Shown: one piece after another, positions 1 to 13,600 of the stretch
How the letters are laid out: every line of letters begins with the position of its first letter
How positions within the stretch are numbered: position 1 is the first letter of the stretch
NCBI GenBank assembly: GCA_037379345.1
Contig: CM074522.1
Coordinates: 5,890,001 to 5,954,000 of the forward strand
DNA length: 64,000 nucleotides
Source of the DNA: Perna viridis
Taxonomy: Eukaryota
Direction: 5' to 3'
Notes under the pieces: generated by a model
Database searches by the model: none
Seen by the model: the letters and a program-made list of their open reading frames with translations, nothing else
What the model was told of the DNA's origin: nothing
Program-made: the position numbers and the translations under genes

Positions 1-1627
1 TACCCTCCCTGGACAGCAAAGTGAACTGCCACATTACTAACATGTGTTCTGGGGTGCAGTGTTGTATTCAGAATGATATCATGCAGCGTACTCTGGAGTT
101 CTCCCTTGAACTGGATCCCTGTGAGAAGGCTCTCAGTATCAGTATAGAAAACACTCGCTACAACAGGACTTTGGATAGTACCTTTGTATATGGTAAGTTC
201 TTTGTTGTTTTTATACATTTCTGTTTCTCTTTTTTTTTTTGGTCAAGTTTAATTGTGAATTGTAATATGTGCTGTTTTTTTTTTTGGAAATTTTAAAACT
301 TTGTGCAATATATTTCAATATCCTCTTTGCTTATGGGAAGTAAAACTTATTTTTCAGGTGATGACCACTACTACAACTTACAGGGAATTGTTCGTATCAG
401 GTAAGGTATTTTGTAATTTTGTATTTTTGAAATTGATGATTTTCAAATATTTTTGCAAGTATTTTGAGCTCATGTTAAGCAGAAAGTTACCTTATTGTTA
501 GAACTATTAAAATGTGCATATTAGCAGGTACTTATTTTCATCAATAATAAGTGGGAAATTTGTGAAAATAAAAACACTGCGAAAACAATTTAATTGAAAT
601 TAGCCCTATCAATTGTTCCATTCAGTCACTGCATGTCACAATGTGACTGTATGGAACAATTAATAACTCTAATTTTATTTAGATTGACCGCAAAAAAAAT
701 TTATTACATCATGTACTTGTATTAAAGATGGAAGTTTCATCTGTTTTGATTTTACATAGTACTGTACACTGATTTTTTTTATGCTAAGTATAGTTATACT
801 TTTGTTCTTGTTTTGCAAACCCCAGTCTTCAGTGATATGTATTTATGTTTGCTCTTAGTTTCTGCTACCAGGAAACATGTATATCAGCGAAGTTGAAATT
901 AGAACAAACTCATGAAATAGAAATATACCATTACCTTTAAAATGATCATAGTACTTAAAATAATTGTTTTGGTTTTTTTTAGGTACAACATAGACAACCT
1001 GTATTATGACAGATTCTACCTTGTTAATGTTGTTGCCTTGTTCTGCTACGAGTCAACTGGAGTACAGTGTGCACCAGACAATACATTTACTATCCTGGAG
1101 AATGCCATGTTTCCCAAGAAAATCTGTGGATGGAATGAAGGCTACAGGATCACTAGTATGTTAAAATGAACAAGAATTTTTCTATAAGGGCAATGAGTAA
1201 TACCAGGCAGTAGCAGGTCCAGATGTGGGCAGGGGTTTAGGGCACAGGTTTAAAGAAGATTGACACACCCCTTTTTGTTGGAAAATTTTGGTAATTTTGT
1301 GCAAAATCAGGGCAAAAATTAGCAGGTAATGGCTAGGAACCCCATTCCAAGTCTTTGATCTAAACCTGCAAAATCATATTTTATGAGTCACTCATCCTTT
1401 TTTAAACCAAAAACATAAAAATAAGAACATTTTGATACAGATATGTCATTTTCATTTTTCAGATTTCTCAAGGTCAGCTTGGTATACAGACAATGGACTA
1501 CAACAAGGAGCTGTCCTGCCTGACTGGGCAGCTTCCTCCTTCCTCAATGACCTTCACCTTGCTGCTTACCTGCAGACCACACAATGTGGGCAGACATCAC
1601 TTATCTATAACAGTGGATGGAATATAG
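1..1627 (+). CDS. Exons 1-4: Cys-rich repeat 1 (5' truncated)
   Basis: VNCHITNMCSGVQCC...LDPCEK / 43-nt exon GDDHYYNLQGIVRIR / YNIDN...FCYES..QCAP...KICGWN / FSRSAW...TQCGQ..GWNI. Confidence 0.9.
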
Positions 1628-4600
1628 GTGAGAATTTATGAATTATGAAGAAATGAAAATAGATTTTTTCCTCAAAAAGAATTTTTCAAAGGATATATTT
1701 ATATATATGGAAACCTCATGGTGCAATCAGTATTCACAGAGAGTGGAAAAAAATACATTTTAACCATTTAAGGAAATTCAGATTTTGTTTAAGCTAAAAC
1801 AGGGTACTTTGTCATTCTTAATTCATCTAAGTCCATGACAATTTCTTTTTACCAGCATGCATTAAATCAGTTGATTTACCTGACATTCCATCACCAACCA
1901 AGTGCCATCTGACAGCAGGATGCACTGCAGTGGAATGTTGTACGGAGATTGACTTCCTGTCACGCTCATTCAAGACCTACTTCCATATTGACCCATGCAC
2001 AAATGTGTTGCATCTTGGGATAGAGCGTTACTATAGAAATATTTCTCTAATCAACTATGAAGAAGGTAAATAATGTTGGCAAGTGGAAACTTAGTAATTT
2101 GAATGTCATGTTTTTATGTTGTCTCTTCTCTTTTACAATTGAGGAAATATTGAAAATTCCTAGATTTAGTTGTTCATATCAGGCAGAAGTGCATTACAAG
2201 CTTAAAACTAAATTTACAGAGTGTAAAAATGTTTCGCCTTTCAGATACATACCTTTCTTATTTTTGTAAACATTTTTTTCTTCCAATTTCCAGAATTTCA
2301 TTCATTAATTTGACTCCTCTGGAAAGTCAGTTTAGAATTTTTTTTTATTTTCTCTTTTCAGGTACGAAACAAGAATTTATCTTGGTTGGAGCCATTGTCA
2401 TGGAGTAAGTAATACTGGTCTGGATCTAATTCCTCCTGCTTTGTCTAACAGTTATACACTTTTTTCTGGTTTTTCATACATTAAACTTGATTGCTGTCCA
2501 TATGCATTGGTTCTATTTTAGCAGGTGTAATGGGAATTTGAAACTTTAGTAGGATGGTTGTAACATGTTTGATTTTCATCTAATTGTAGCTGATAAAAGT
2601 TAAAACATTTTATGTATGGTAAATTATTTAAGGGAGAGCATGTCTGCCATATCACTGCTTTCATCCATCCTCTAAAACAAACCTGACTTTGCCTTAAAGT
2701 AGAATTTCACATTTTTACTGTTTTTTTTACCGTGTATTTATGTACCTCCAATTTTGCCAACTCCCTCCTTGTTTGTTAACCTGAAAAAATCAGGTTTGTG
2801 AAAACAGTTTATTAAAAGTTTTTCTACACTTTACCAGGTACATCATTGAAGACATGTCAGGAGAGAGCATGTACCTGGTCAGTCTGAATGTATCTTACTG
2901 CTTCGAAGATGGACAGCCTTGTTATGTGATCTCTAAGATATTTGAGAACACTAGACTACCCAAGGATCTGTGTGAATGGAAGACTAACTACCACATTTCA
3001 GGTTAGAGGACAAAAATATTATATAATTGGATGGATTTGTAATAATTCATCAAACAAGCAGCTTTCAAGATGTGAATTTCATAGAAACAAATACAAGTAT
3101 TTATTTATCTTCTTTATATTTCCATTGAGTAAGGTTACTAGTGTATTCCAGCTTAGCAAGTTGGTCTTGTGTATGTTCAATTTATAAAAATGCTGGAAAT
3201 ATTTACTGTTTCATCTTAAACTACACATACAATGAATTAAAGTAGCTTTTATAAATAAAACATTTTGCATTTTTATTCATTGGACTCAAAATATTTAAAG
3301 ACGCAATAACTTGTAGTGTGTGAAGTTAAAAAAGAATTTTTTACATGAATAAGATAAACATTTGTATTTCTGTAATGACAGGTTTCTCTCTTGAGACCTT
3401 CCAAGGAGATAATGGACAGACCATTGGTACACAGATGGAGCCATGGGCTAATTCTTTGTTGTATGAACAGACAGGTCTGTCTCCATACATATATAATGAG
3501 ACTATGCAGTGCAGTAGAAGAAGTGCCAAGTTCAATTCTACTATTTCTGGAGGAATTACAGTTGGTATGTATTTTGATGAACCGATTCAAAAATTGAATG
3601 GCATTCTGGGATTGCTACTGTTCATGACTTTCTTGAGTAGTCATTACATATTTTATGAGTTTTCTGCAATGGCGCTACATTTACAAGGATTGAAGTTGAA
3701 TTTCTGAATTGGTTTTTAATGTATCATTCTTATTTTTATTGTTAAGGTTCTTCTTTGAATTTGTTTCCTTTCATTATTAATTGTTTGTTTTCTGTCATTC
3801 TCTACAAGATTTCAAACTTTATATACTTTGTACTGCTAAATATCACTAAGTCTCATGACGGAAACAAAACAAAGATATGATTTTCTTGCGCTTTAAAGCG
3901 CACTTCCACTTCATTAAATCTGTATTTTTCTGTTATGATTATTTTTTAACTGTATATTTACTTCCAAATTTATCAATTTCCACATTTTTTATGACAACAG
4001 GTTCAACTTGTCATGTTTCAATCTCAGCACCACAACACAGACTTCATTATATACTTAAAATAAATTAATTTGCTAGCATTTATGGTATCACCTTTCTTAT
4101 ATTAAGAATAACGATTTTGAAATGAAGAAAAGTTTAGAATGTTTGCAGCAATGTACAATGTATTAAAATACTGTCTTGTTTGTCTTTTTTACAATGCCCT
4201 CATAACACAGCTTTACAAGATCTGGATTGCTTCCTGTCATCAGATTACACCACTATAGAATGCTGTATTGACTCAGTGAAACTCTTCCGCCCATTCCATG
4301 TCAAGTTGTCTGTAGACCCATGTGAATTTATTCTTAGTGTTAGCATTGAAAAGTTTGAGTACAAGCTTCCACTTGGTGATTACAATGGTAAGCTGACGTG
4401 TTAAGCTTTTATGTCATATCAAGTAATCTGTACTCTTGATTTCAACTTATAAAGGGACAACTGGTCTTTTCTGAAATCAGCTTTAATGTCATGACATTTG
4501 CACATCATCATATTAATTATAAGTTGTAACATTTAGAAATTTTGAACTCATTCTGATCAATTTATGACATCTGTGTTTATTTTTAGGTGAAGCAAGGAAG

Positions 4601-7600
4601 TTTTCTCTCGGTGGTATTGTCAATATAGAGTAGGTATACCTGAATGAAAAAAAGTTCTTGATGGCAATAAAACATATGATACATATTTCTTCAATTTTAC
4701 AAAAAAGTGTCTTATCATTTGAGCTTTTAATTTTAATCTGAACAACATTTAAAAATTTACATTGGTTATTTAGATATGCCGTATACATTTTTTCAAGGAG
4801 TAACCTCTCAACAGCAAGAAAATCATATAAACTGAAAGACCTTTGACTAAAAATATAACAAAAGCATGAAAAAGTACTCAAAACCTTAAAAGTTGAAATG
4901 AAAGCAAGATCCAGCTAAGTACATTACCCTCATGCATTTTACTTGCATGAGTTCTTAGTTTTAAGGTGTTTGGAATTTAGATACATGTATGTGAAATTTT
5001 CAAAATTTGAAAGTGTATCAATGGGTTTGTTAGGGTTTTGTTTTAAACCTTATCACCTTTTCACCTTATCATTAATCAGTTTGTCAAAGGGTGGTGGTTT
5101 AACAGGATTTTACTATATTTTTTTATTATCTGCTCAGGTTCATGCTAACTGATGTTGAATCGAAAAATTTCTACGTGGTTGACGTGAACATCACAGTGTG
5201 TACAGAGAGTGCTCAGCCTTGTGAACAGGACTACATCATTGCTGAGAATATTGTCCTTTACAAACAGCAGTGTGCATGGAATACTGAATTTGTCAACCAG
5301 AGTAGGTTTTATTAAAGTTATTTATCTCATTCCATCCTACAATGAGACAACAGATTTAGCTTTATTCTGTTTGTCTGATTATATTTTTCAATCCATCAGT
5401 CACATCATTTGGAGTGGCTTGAAGTAATATTATATTCTATTCATTTCAATACATGCATTGACTCCTATTTTAGTATACTACAGATTACATTCAAGCGTCC
5501 CTGCTGAATATAAAAAGCGATGATTTTTCACATTTTGTTCCTGTGTAATTATCTCTGTCCAAGTGCAGATGAAAACTTTATGGCAGTAATGTTAACACTT
5601 CAATGCATGTGAAAATGTTTTTGCAGTTTTACTGCCTCTGTAGAGAATTGATATAAAGATACACAAATGTCATGGTAATTTACTTTTATTCCATTTTTTG
5701 TAACAATATTTCCTTTATTTTTTAGACTTGTCACTGTCCCAATGGAGAACAGACAATAAGATACCAGCAGGTGTCCTTGCTGAGTATGACTCATCCAGGT
5801 TCTTAGATGAAGCCTTTATTTCATACTTCCTTCAGGAGACACCATGTGATCATACTGGTGTCACTTACTCTCCCTCTACCAATGGATGGGTATCAGGTTA
5901 GTATGACATTGAATAAGTATTGAAACTTAAGAAGATATAAGAATTAGGCTAGTTTAATGACACATTTCTTAACTGCTTTGTGTCTTGAATTGACCAACCA
6001 GAGTTATTTTTCCGATGCAGTCAGTATAGTTTCACTTTTTACCTTTTGACCTTAAAGACGCTCTTCCATGGAAACGCAAGTCACCTAAACAAAAATCTAT
6101 TTCTCGATTGGCCAAATACTAATAACTTATTGGCGTTAAAAAAAAACTATCAGAAATTGAAATTGCATGTCATGTGTTATTTCCTGATGAAAATAACTAG
6201 TTTTGCTGTGTCTGCTTTTTTTAAAGATGCTACTTGTTAACAAATTCTTGGCACTTCGTAGTGACTGATGAGGTAAAACCATTATCTTTGTAAGTCCATA
6301 GTTGATTGTTCACCTTTATATATCTATTTAACAAGTGTACTGTAACAGGAGTTTGAAATGGTATATGAGTTTGGTACAGATAGGGCTTCTGAAGTACTTT
6401 CTCATTTTGGTAGAATTTTAGATAATGATTGATTTTCACGAGTAAGTGAATAGTATATAAACAGGATAAAACCAGTCATCCACTGAAAACCAACAATTAA
6501 CCAGTTCAGTGAAGCAAGTTGAGTGTTTTATTAAATTTTATATATTTATGATATAGTGAAGAATTTTTTTTCTCAAAAAGTTCTTTCTTACACTTTATTA
6601 AAAAATGTAAATTTAGTGAACTCATCTCCATCAGTTACAGTATTTCCTTTGTCTTTCTACTTAAGCTTGTGAAAATGTCCCTGTCAGCACATTACCAACA
6701 CTCGCCAGCTCCATGAAATGTAACATTGACTTTGAATGTCAGAAAATCAGCTGTTGTGTACGTGAACCTGAGGTCAACCGTAGTATTGAGGCTAGTGTCA
6801 ACATTGACCCCTGTAAAGGAGAAATGACTGTGAAGGTGGAACGGCTAACAAGGACCATATCATTGACTGGATATCAATGGGGTAATATACTGTGTTTTTA
6901 TGTTCTTTGATTTCACTGCATTTACTTTCATAAAGGGAATAATTTTCTTATAATAATTTTTTACTTTTACAAAAATGTGACCTATTAATTGTCCTTACCG
7001 TGTCATTACTACCTGCTTATCACAACAAACTTGTGATTTACCCTTTTAAAAAAGAAGAAAAGAAATATTTTTCACGAAATTGTTTGATTAGGTTGAATCA
7101 ATAATTAATTTACAAAATGAAATCTTTTTTTTAATTTCAGGTAATGAAGAAGTTTACAAACTAAATGGAGTCTATGGCCTTAGGTAAGCATACATGTCAC
7201 CACGGAATGTCAAAAACCTTCATCCACAATGTACAGTGCTCAATATCTGACTTAATTAACTTTGTTTCATTTATCATTGAAACTTTCCTCCACAATGTAC
7301 AATGGTAAACAACATCTAATTTGTCAAACATTCTTTAAATTTCTAAGATTAAAGGAAGGTTTCACAAAAAATGGAATTATTTTCCAATATACATTTGTAC
7401 AATTAGCACTAATCAGCACTAGAAACTTAGGACATATACCTTACATGATGTGATAGGCAAGAAAGTAATAAACAAATTTCAGATTGTCTTCATTGGATGG
7501 CTCTATGTAATCTCAGTGTGCTAGAAAACAAGTCTTGCAAATCAATACAATCCTTATGTCTTCACCATAGAATGGGTACTGATGTGGTATGCAAAACAGT

Positions 7601-10600
7601 TTATAAACAAATTTATAAATCATCTTCACTAGATAGCTTAATGTAGACTCCCTGCATATTGTTCTATCTAACCTACTAATGTTATATTTTTGACAGATTC
7701 ACTATTCATAATCTTGAGACAAGAAGACAGTTCCTGCTGAATATGGATCTGATGGCATGTTATGAGGCTAATGGACCATGTGCTCTAGAGGAAACCATCT
7801 TCTCAGAGTTTTTACTGAAGAAACAGTCTTGTATTAGAAGTGCTGGATTTATCAACCAACAATGTAAGTGAAAAATTGTATAATTATATCTTTTCCTTTT
7901 AAACAGGCATATTATCTCATGATATACCCAACTCAATTGGAATCACCTTGTTTGTCCGTCCATTCATCAGTCTGTCTTAAGAATTATGAAGTTAAGAAGT
8001 TTTTCGAAGGTCTTATACTTCCGAAATATGTGATGTCACTCGAGGTATTTTGTTCATACTGCCAGTGCTTTAGTTTTTTGTGTGACGTTTTGTTTTCCCT
8101 ATCTTTTTTTTTATATGTGTAATCTATTTTATTCGGTTCGCTACATTATGTATGTCGATCATCTTTGTTTCCTGTTTTTCTGCCATGTTTTTGGATTTTT
8201 AAGTATTTGAATTATCCCACTGCTGAAGCTTAGGTATTTTTTTGCCAGTATTTTAAACAATATTAATACCAACCAATAGAATGCATCCTAGTTATTATAT
8301 TTCATTCATTATTTAGTTACAACATACAGTTTTACTTTTCAGCTATAGTCATTTAAATTCATTTTACTTCAATCCTTTCTAGTTAACTATAACACTTGGC
8401 TCAGTGCTGTTGGTGTAGCACCAAACACATCACCTCTGCCATACTGGGCCAAAATACAGCTGATTGATGAACTGCAAGTTAACAACTTCTTTGATTTGGA
8501 CACCAAATGTTACGATCAGATGACTCCATTTATGACTGCTACTGCTACTGATGGTTATAATAATGGTAAGTGTATGCATAAGGCTAAACGAGCAAAAAAT
8601 GTGAGTATATGGTTACCTGACTACTCTGTTTTTAGCTGCAACCCAAATTCATTTTATGGTGTTATTGGAAGTCGAAACTTTAAAGGGTCTTCATGGAATG
8701 TGATTTTTAATGAAAAAAATGCAAATAATTCAAACAGTTGAATGCATACTTCCTCCCATTCATTAGCATTACTAAGTGAATGGATTTATTTCAAATTTAG
8801 TATGTGACTTTATAGAGATGATGATTGAACTGTAAAGGATTTTGATGATTGCTATCAAATATCAACCACTGTAAGAATGAGGTATATATAGCACAATAAT
8901 GTATGCAACTTGATATTTTTTTTCATTTAGAATGTACCTCAAGCCTTTCTTTTGAGACCTTCACCTCTTCTGACACCATAGTCTGCAGTATACCCACTGA
9001 ATGTAATGGTGCTAGGTGTTGCATGGATATACCCCAGCTAGAAACATCTCTGGAATTCAAAATGATCATTGACACCTGTGGCAATAGACTTAGACTGAAA
9101 GTAGACAAGTTGGAGTTTGATATACCCCTTCATGATTTTGATTATGGTAGCAGTGATGCCTTGTCTATCTATGGTTTTGCAACCCTTCGGTAAGTTTAGC
9201 TTGTTTTCCATTTATTGGTGTGAACCAACAATCATTTATTCTACTTCTGGTTTTTCAGATTGTCATCTAAAACATACCACTTGAAATGGACTTGTTATGG
9301 AATATGATCAGCATTACCATTGGAACAAACTACATGGAAAGCACTCTCTATCTAGATAGTCATGGAAACCCCCCTTGTTTATCTAGACAGTCATGGAAAA
9401 CACCCCTTGTCTGTCTAGATAATCATGGGAATCACCCCTTGTCTATTTAGAAAATTTTATAACATATTGATACATGGATTGTGTTGAAAAGACTAGGACC
9501 CTATCAAAGAAAAAATACCAAAACACATTTTCCAAGCAGATTGAACTACAAAATTAATTTTTAAAGCAACGGATTATCTTAATTGTTTGAAAACCTTGAA
9601 AATTAGTACTGCAAACATAACCTTCAACTGAATCAATGAAAAATAAGTAAAAATATTTCTAGTTTGTATCATTTTTGCCTCAGACTTTTATATGTATATT
9701 TATTTATTCTAATTTTGATTTTAACAGTTACACCATTGTGAATAAACTGCTGTCAAACCAGTTTGAAGTATCAATGTCTGTAAGGTTCTGTTTGAACGCA
9801 GACACTGCCTTACCATGTGACCAAGAATACACCATCTTTAATAGCACAATCATGGACAAACCAACATGTGACTTCAACACTGACTTTAAACATACAGGTT
9901 TGTAGGAATTAGGATTATTGTTTTCATGTTAAACTTTTTGATCCACAGAACCAAGTCATGTTTTAGGACTTTGTCTTATACACATTATTATATTACTGGC
10001 CTGAAAGTGGAATTTTGTTTTATACACATTATTATATTAATGGCGTGAAAGTGGAATTTTTACAAGTCAACCATCATTTTTGCCGACTCCTGGCTTCGAA
10101 GTACAGGTTTATTGTGAAGATTTCAATCCTAAAATTCCTACCACAATGATAATAGAATATTTGAACTCATTATATTTGTCTGACTATAATTATACATAAT
10201 TGCCAATCCCAGTCTTCCTCGTAAACCTTTTGGCTCGCATGCCCAAACCTCATTTTGAAGTGTTTTTTTCATTGACCCACAAACATTTTTACCAGCCTCT
10301 GGCTTCACTCTACTCTATTTGTAAAGAAAAATGTAATAATGTACAGATACAAATGCAATATGGGTAAAAAAAAGAATCCCATGGCTGTATGGTTAGAAAT
10401 TATCAAGGGATGTTAATAATTATTAATATGGAAAGTAATTGTTACTTTCTATATAGACATGCATTATGAATTAAAAAAAAATAATATCCATTAATATACA
10501 AAGTATTTGTAACCATTTGTTTTCATGATTTTACTTCCTCACAAAAATTATGAACATAAATAATTTACAGATCTAAGACAAAAGTTTACAGAGCTAAGCA

Positions 10601-13600
10601 GGATTATCTCCCTTTCAGGTTTTTCTTTGTCAACTTATTTGGATGACAGGAACCTAACAACTAACTTGACAGATGCTGATGCCGATCAACTGATTCAGTA
10701 CCTAGAAATCAATGATTTCATGAGTGAAGTAAACCTGTGTAATTTCTCAGGTGCTACCTACGCGTCAGCTGTGGATGGGTGGAATAATGGTGAATTAGAT
10801 TTTATGCTGTTCATGTATTAATTTTCATAATAAGTTAACTTTTATCGTATAAAAGTTTACAAGTAGATCTGTCAGTTTAGACCTGTTATAGGTTCATTGT
10901 TTTGTTAAAATTTTAAAAATTGTTAAAAAGTTGCTAATTTTACTGATTTATCTCAAATGTTTTATTAAGACTCTCCCTGACTGAATTACATGTATCTCAA
11001 TGCAATATTTTATTTTCAGACTTTTGATAATGTGAAATATTACACTTAATCTTTTCAGGTGTGAGTGAGGTTTGGTAATGAATTTTATTTTGGTCTTTTT
11101 CAGAGTGTGGCAATGTAACAAATAGTGACCTTGATGCACTTACATCAGACGAGATTGCATGTCATATTGGGACATCCTGTCACAATGTTGAATGTTGTGT
11201 CAAGTCTGAGATTTTGAAGAGAGACTTTTTTGTAGCTGTTGCCATGGAAACATGCAGTTATACATTGTCTATTCAGCTGGAAAATCTCAAAATTGAAAAA
11301 GATCTGCTGAACTATGTGTGGGGTATGTTGAATACTGACTTTTGGTAAGGCTATTTCACATAAAATTTGCTTTTCCACAGAAAAACTTCTTTTTTATATT
11401 GGCTATGGTCGGGAATACTTTGACATCCATTGTGGTTGAACAAGAAATGTTCTGAATTCTTTTTATTTGTTTCAGTTCCAGTGGTGAAAGAAAACCAATT
11501 GATTTTTTAAATGTTTTTATTTTACAGGTACAGAAGAATTGATCAATCTTTATGGCGTCTTCAAATTAAGGTAACTACAAATGGCTTTTGCATCTTAAAA
11601 ATAATTCAGCAAAAGTATTTATACTCCCTGCAAATAAAGTTTAGAGGGCATAGTGTCTTGTGTACTGTTCTGACAAATAGTTACACATTTGCACTCTTCT
11701 TCTTATGCACATCAAGGAGAAATTAATTAGTCTGCTTGTCCATCATTAGAACAAAACATGGTTTCTTTCAACTCGGCGGGTGTTTCTAGAGAAGCAGAGG
11801 ACACTTACCCTACCAGTGCACCTGGTCGATGCTCCCAGTTTTAAGTGGAGTCCGAGTTGCTCATATACTTTATTACTTTGTATGTATGATTTTAGTTACT
11901 TTATGTTCTTTGTTGTGTATGTCTATTTTCCATGTCTGGTCTTTGTCCCTGGATTACATTCTTTTGATTACCCCTATAACCTTGGTTCCCTTGATTACTC
12001 TTCTGTGATAGAATGTAAAACCACAATCAAGCAACCAATCAGTTAATTGTCCATCAATCTTTTTTTAATAATCTACCCCTTAAAGATACTTTGTACATCA
12101 GACAATACTTTAAAATGCCTGACTTTTCCCCTTTTTTTCTGACTAACCTATCTCCCTTCAAGGTACCTGGTACACCATGTTGCCTCCAGTAAACATTTTA
12201 CAGTAGATATGGACGTTAAGCTCTGCTATGAGTCTTCAGGTGGTTCATGTCTCCAGGAATATACCATCTTTGCCAGTGATAAACTGTACTACCCAGAGTG
12301 TACAAATCCATCTCTGCCATTCTATGGTAAGTTTTAATTCATGTTTATACCACCTTACTTCTCCAAAGAGAGTACTTCATAAAATATCAGGCCTTGGTTT
12401 CATAAAAGGTCTTAAATTCGGAATTTTCTCAAATCTTCAATTTCAAGCAATTTGATTGGTTGAAATTTTGAATTAAGGAGAGGAACATCAAATGTGAGAT
12501 TAATTTTTGATAACTAGTAGAAAACTTTTAATTGAGGAAAGGAAAGATATGAGGAACATCTAAATTTGAAATTGGTAATTGATGGGTAGTAGAGAACAGA
12601 TAAACGTCATAACGGTTTTCTTTGTTTTTTGTTACGATTCCATGGATACAGCATCACTTTTATGCTCTTGCAACATCATGTCACAATGACCTTGGCAAGG
12701 ACAATAAAATTTATGTCATTCGTGTCATGTTTTCCAAATATAGTTCACTTATAAAAGTTAAAAAAAAATGTAGGAATTTTTTTTGTATGATCAACTATGA
12801 CTTTTGTACATGGATTATTGTAATACTTTGTAGGTATATCTTTTGACTTCTGGAGGCCAACACCTTGTACCCTGTACACTGGTAGCAACTATGCTAATGG
12901 TAAGTCTATAATGATTTAATTCAAATCTGTCTAAACCAAACCCTGTATGTTTTAAAACCTGACGTCCCTTTGTATCAGTTTTAAATTAATTTTCACCTGT
13001 GTAAACTGAACACCTGTCAAAAGCTAACAAGACTTTCAGCCTGTAAGGGGTTCAGTTAAGCAGGTAACACTTTGCTCACTATGTTATATGAGTAATATTC
13101 ATAAGTCATTTTAAAGATACGTCCATTCATGAGTTACAGGGGCATTTTGTCCCAATTTTTTTTTTCGCTTTTTAAAAGTATTTAATTTTAAGTTGGATGA
13201 ATTTTATTTCATTTTTTCATCATTCTTACAGGTTGTATTGGAGTGACATTTACAACCTATGCCCAGACTCGATGTCGAATGGCAGCTGATTGTCACAGTG
13301 TTGAATGTTGTTTAGATCTTGACTATATTCCTGGTACAAGAAATACTAGACTTACATTTTCGATTGACAATTGTAATGATAGGATGGACTATGAATTGGA
13401 GAGACACACTTGGACCAGAACTGGGTTGGCTAGCATTAATGGTAGGTATCATACTTAATGTGAAAAGTTTAGTTCTGAATTTTATACATCTACACAGCCA
13501 AATTTGCCACATATGATAATCGTATGGTTATCATGTGATGAGCATATGATAAGTAACATATGGTAGTCGCATGCTTTTCATATGATTCTCATATGTTATT

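Noticed and set aside
4149-4210. Upstream acceptor tttgcag at 4148 for exon 9
   Set aside because: It puts the exon out of frame with the conserved Cys pattern.
11780-12046. Hydrophobic ORF MYDFSYFMFFVV...DYS, also at 15953, 43753 and 50678
   Set aside because: Translations of interspersed repeat family A, not membrane-protein genes.
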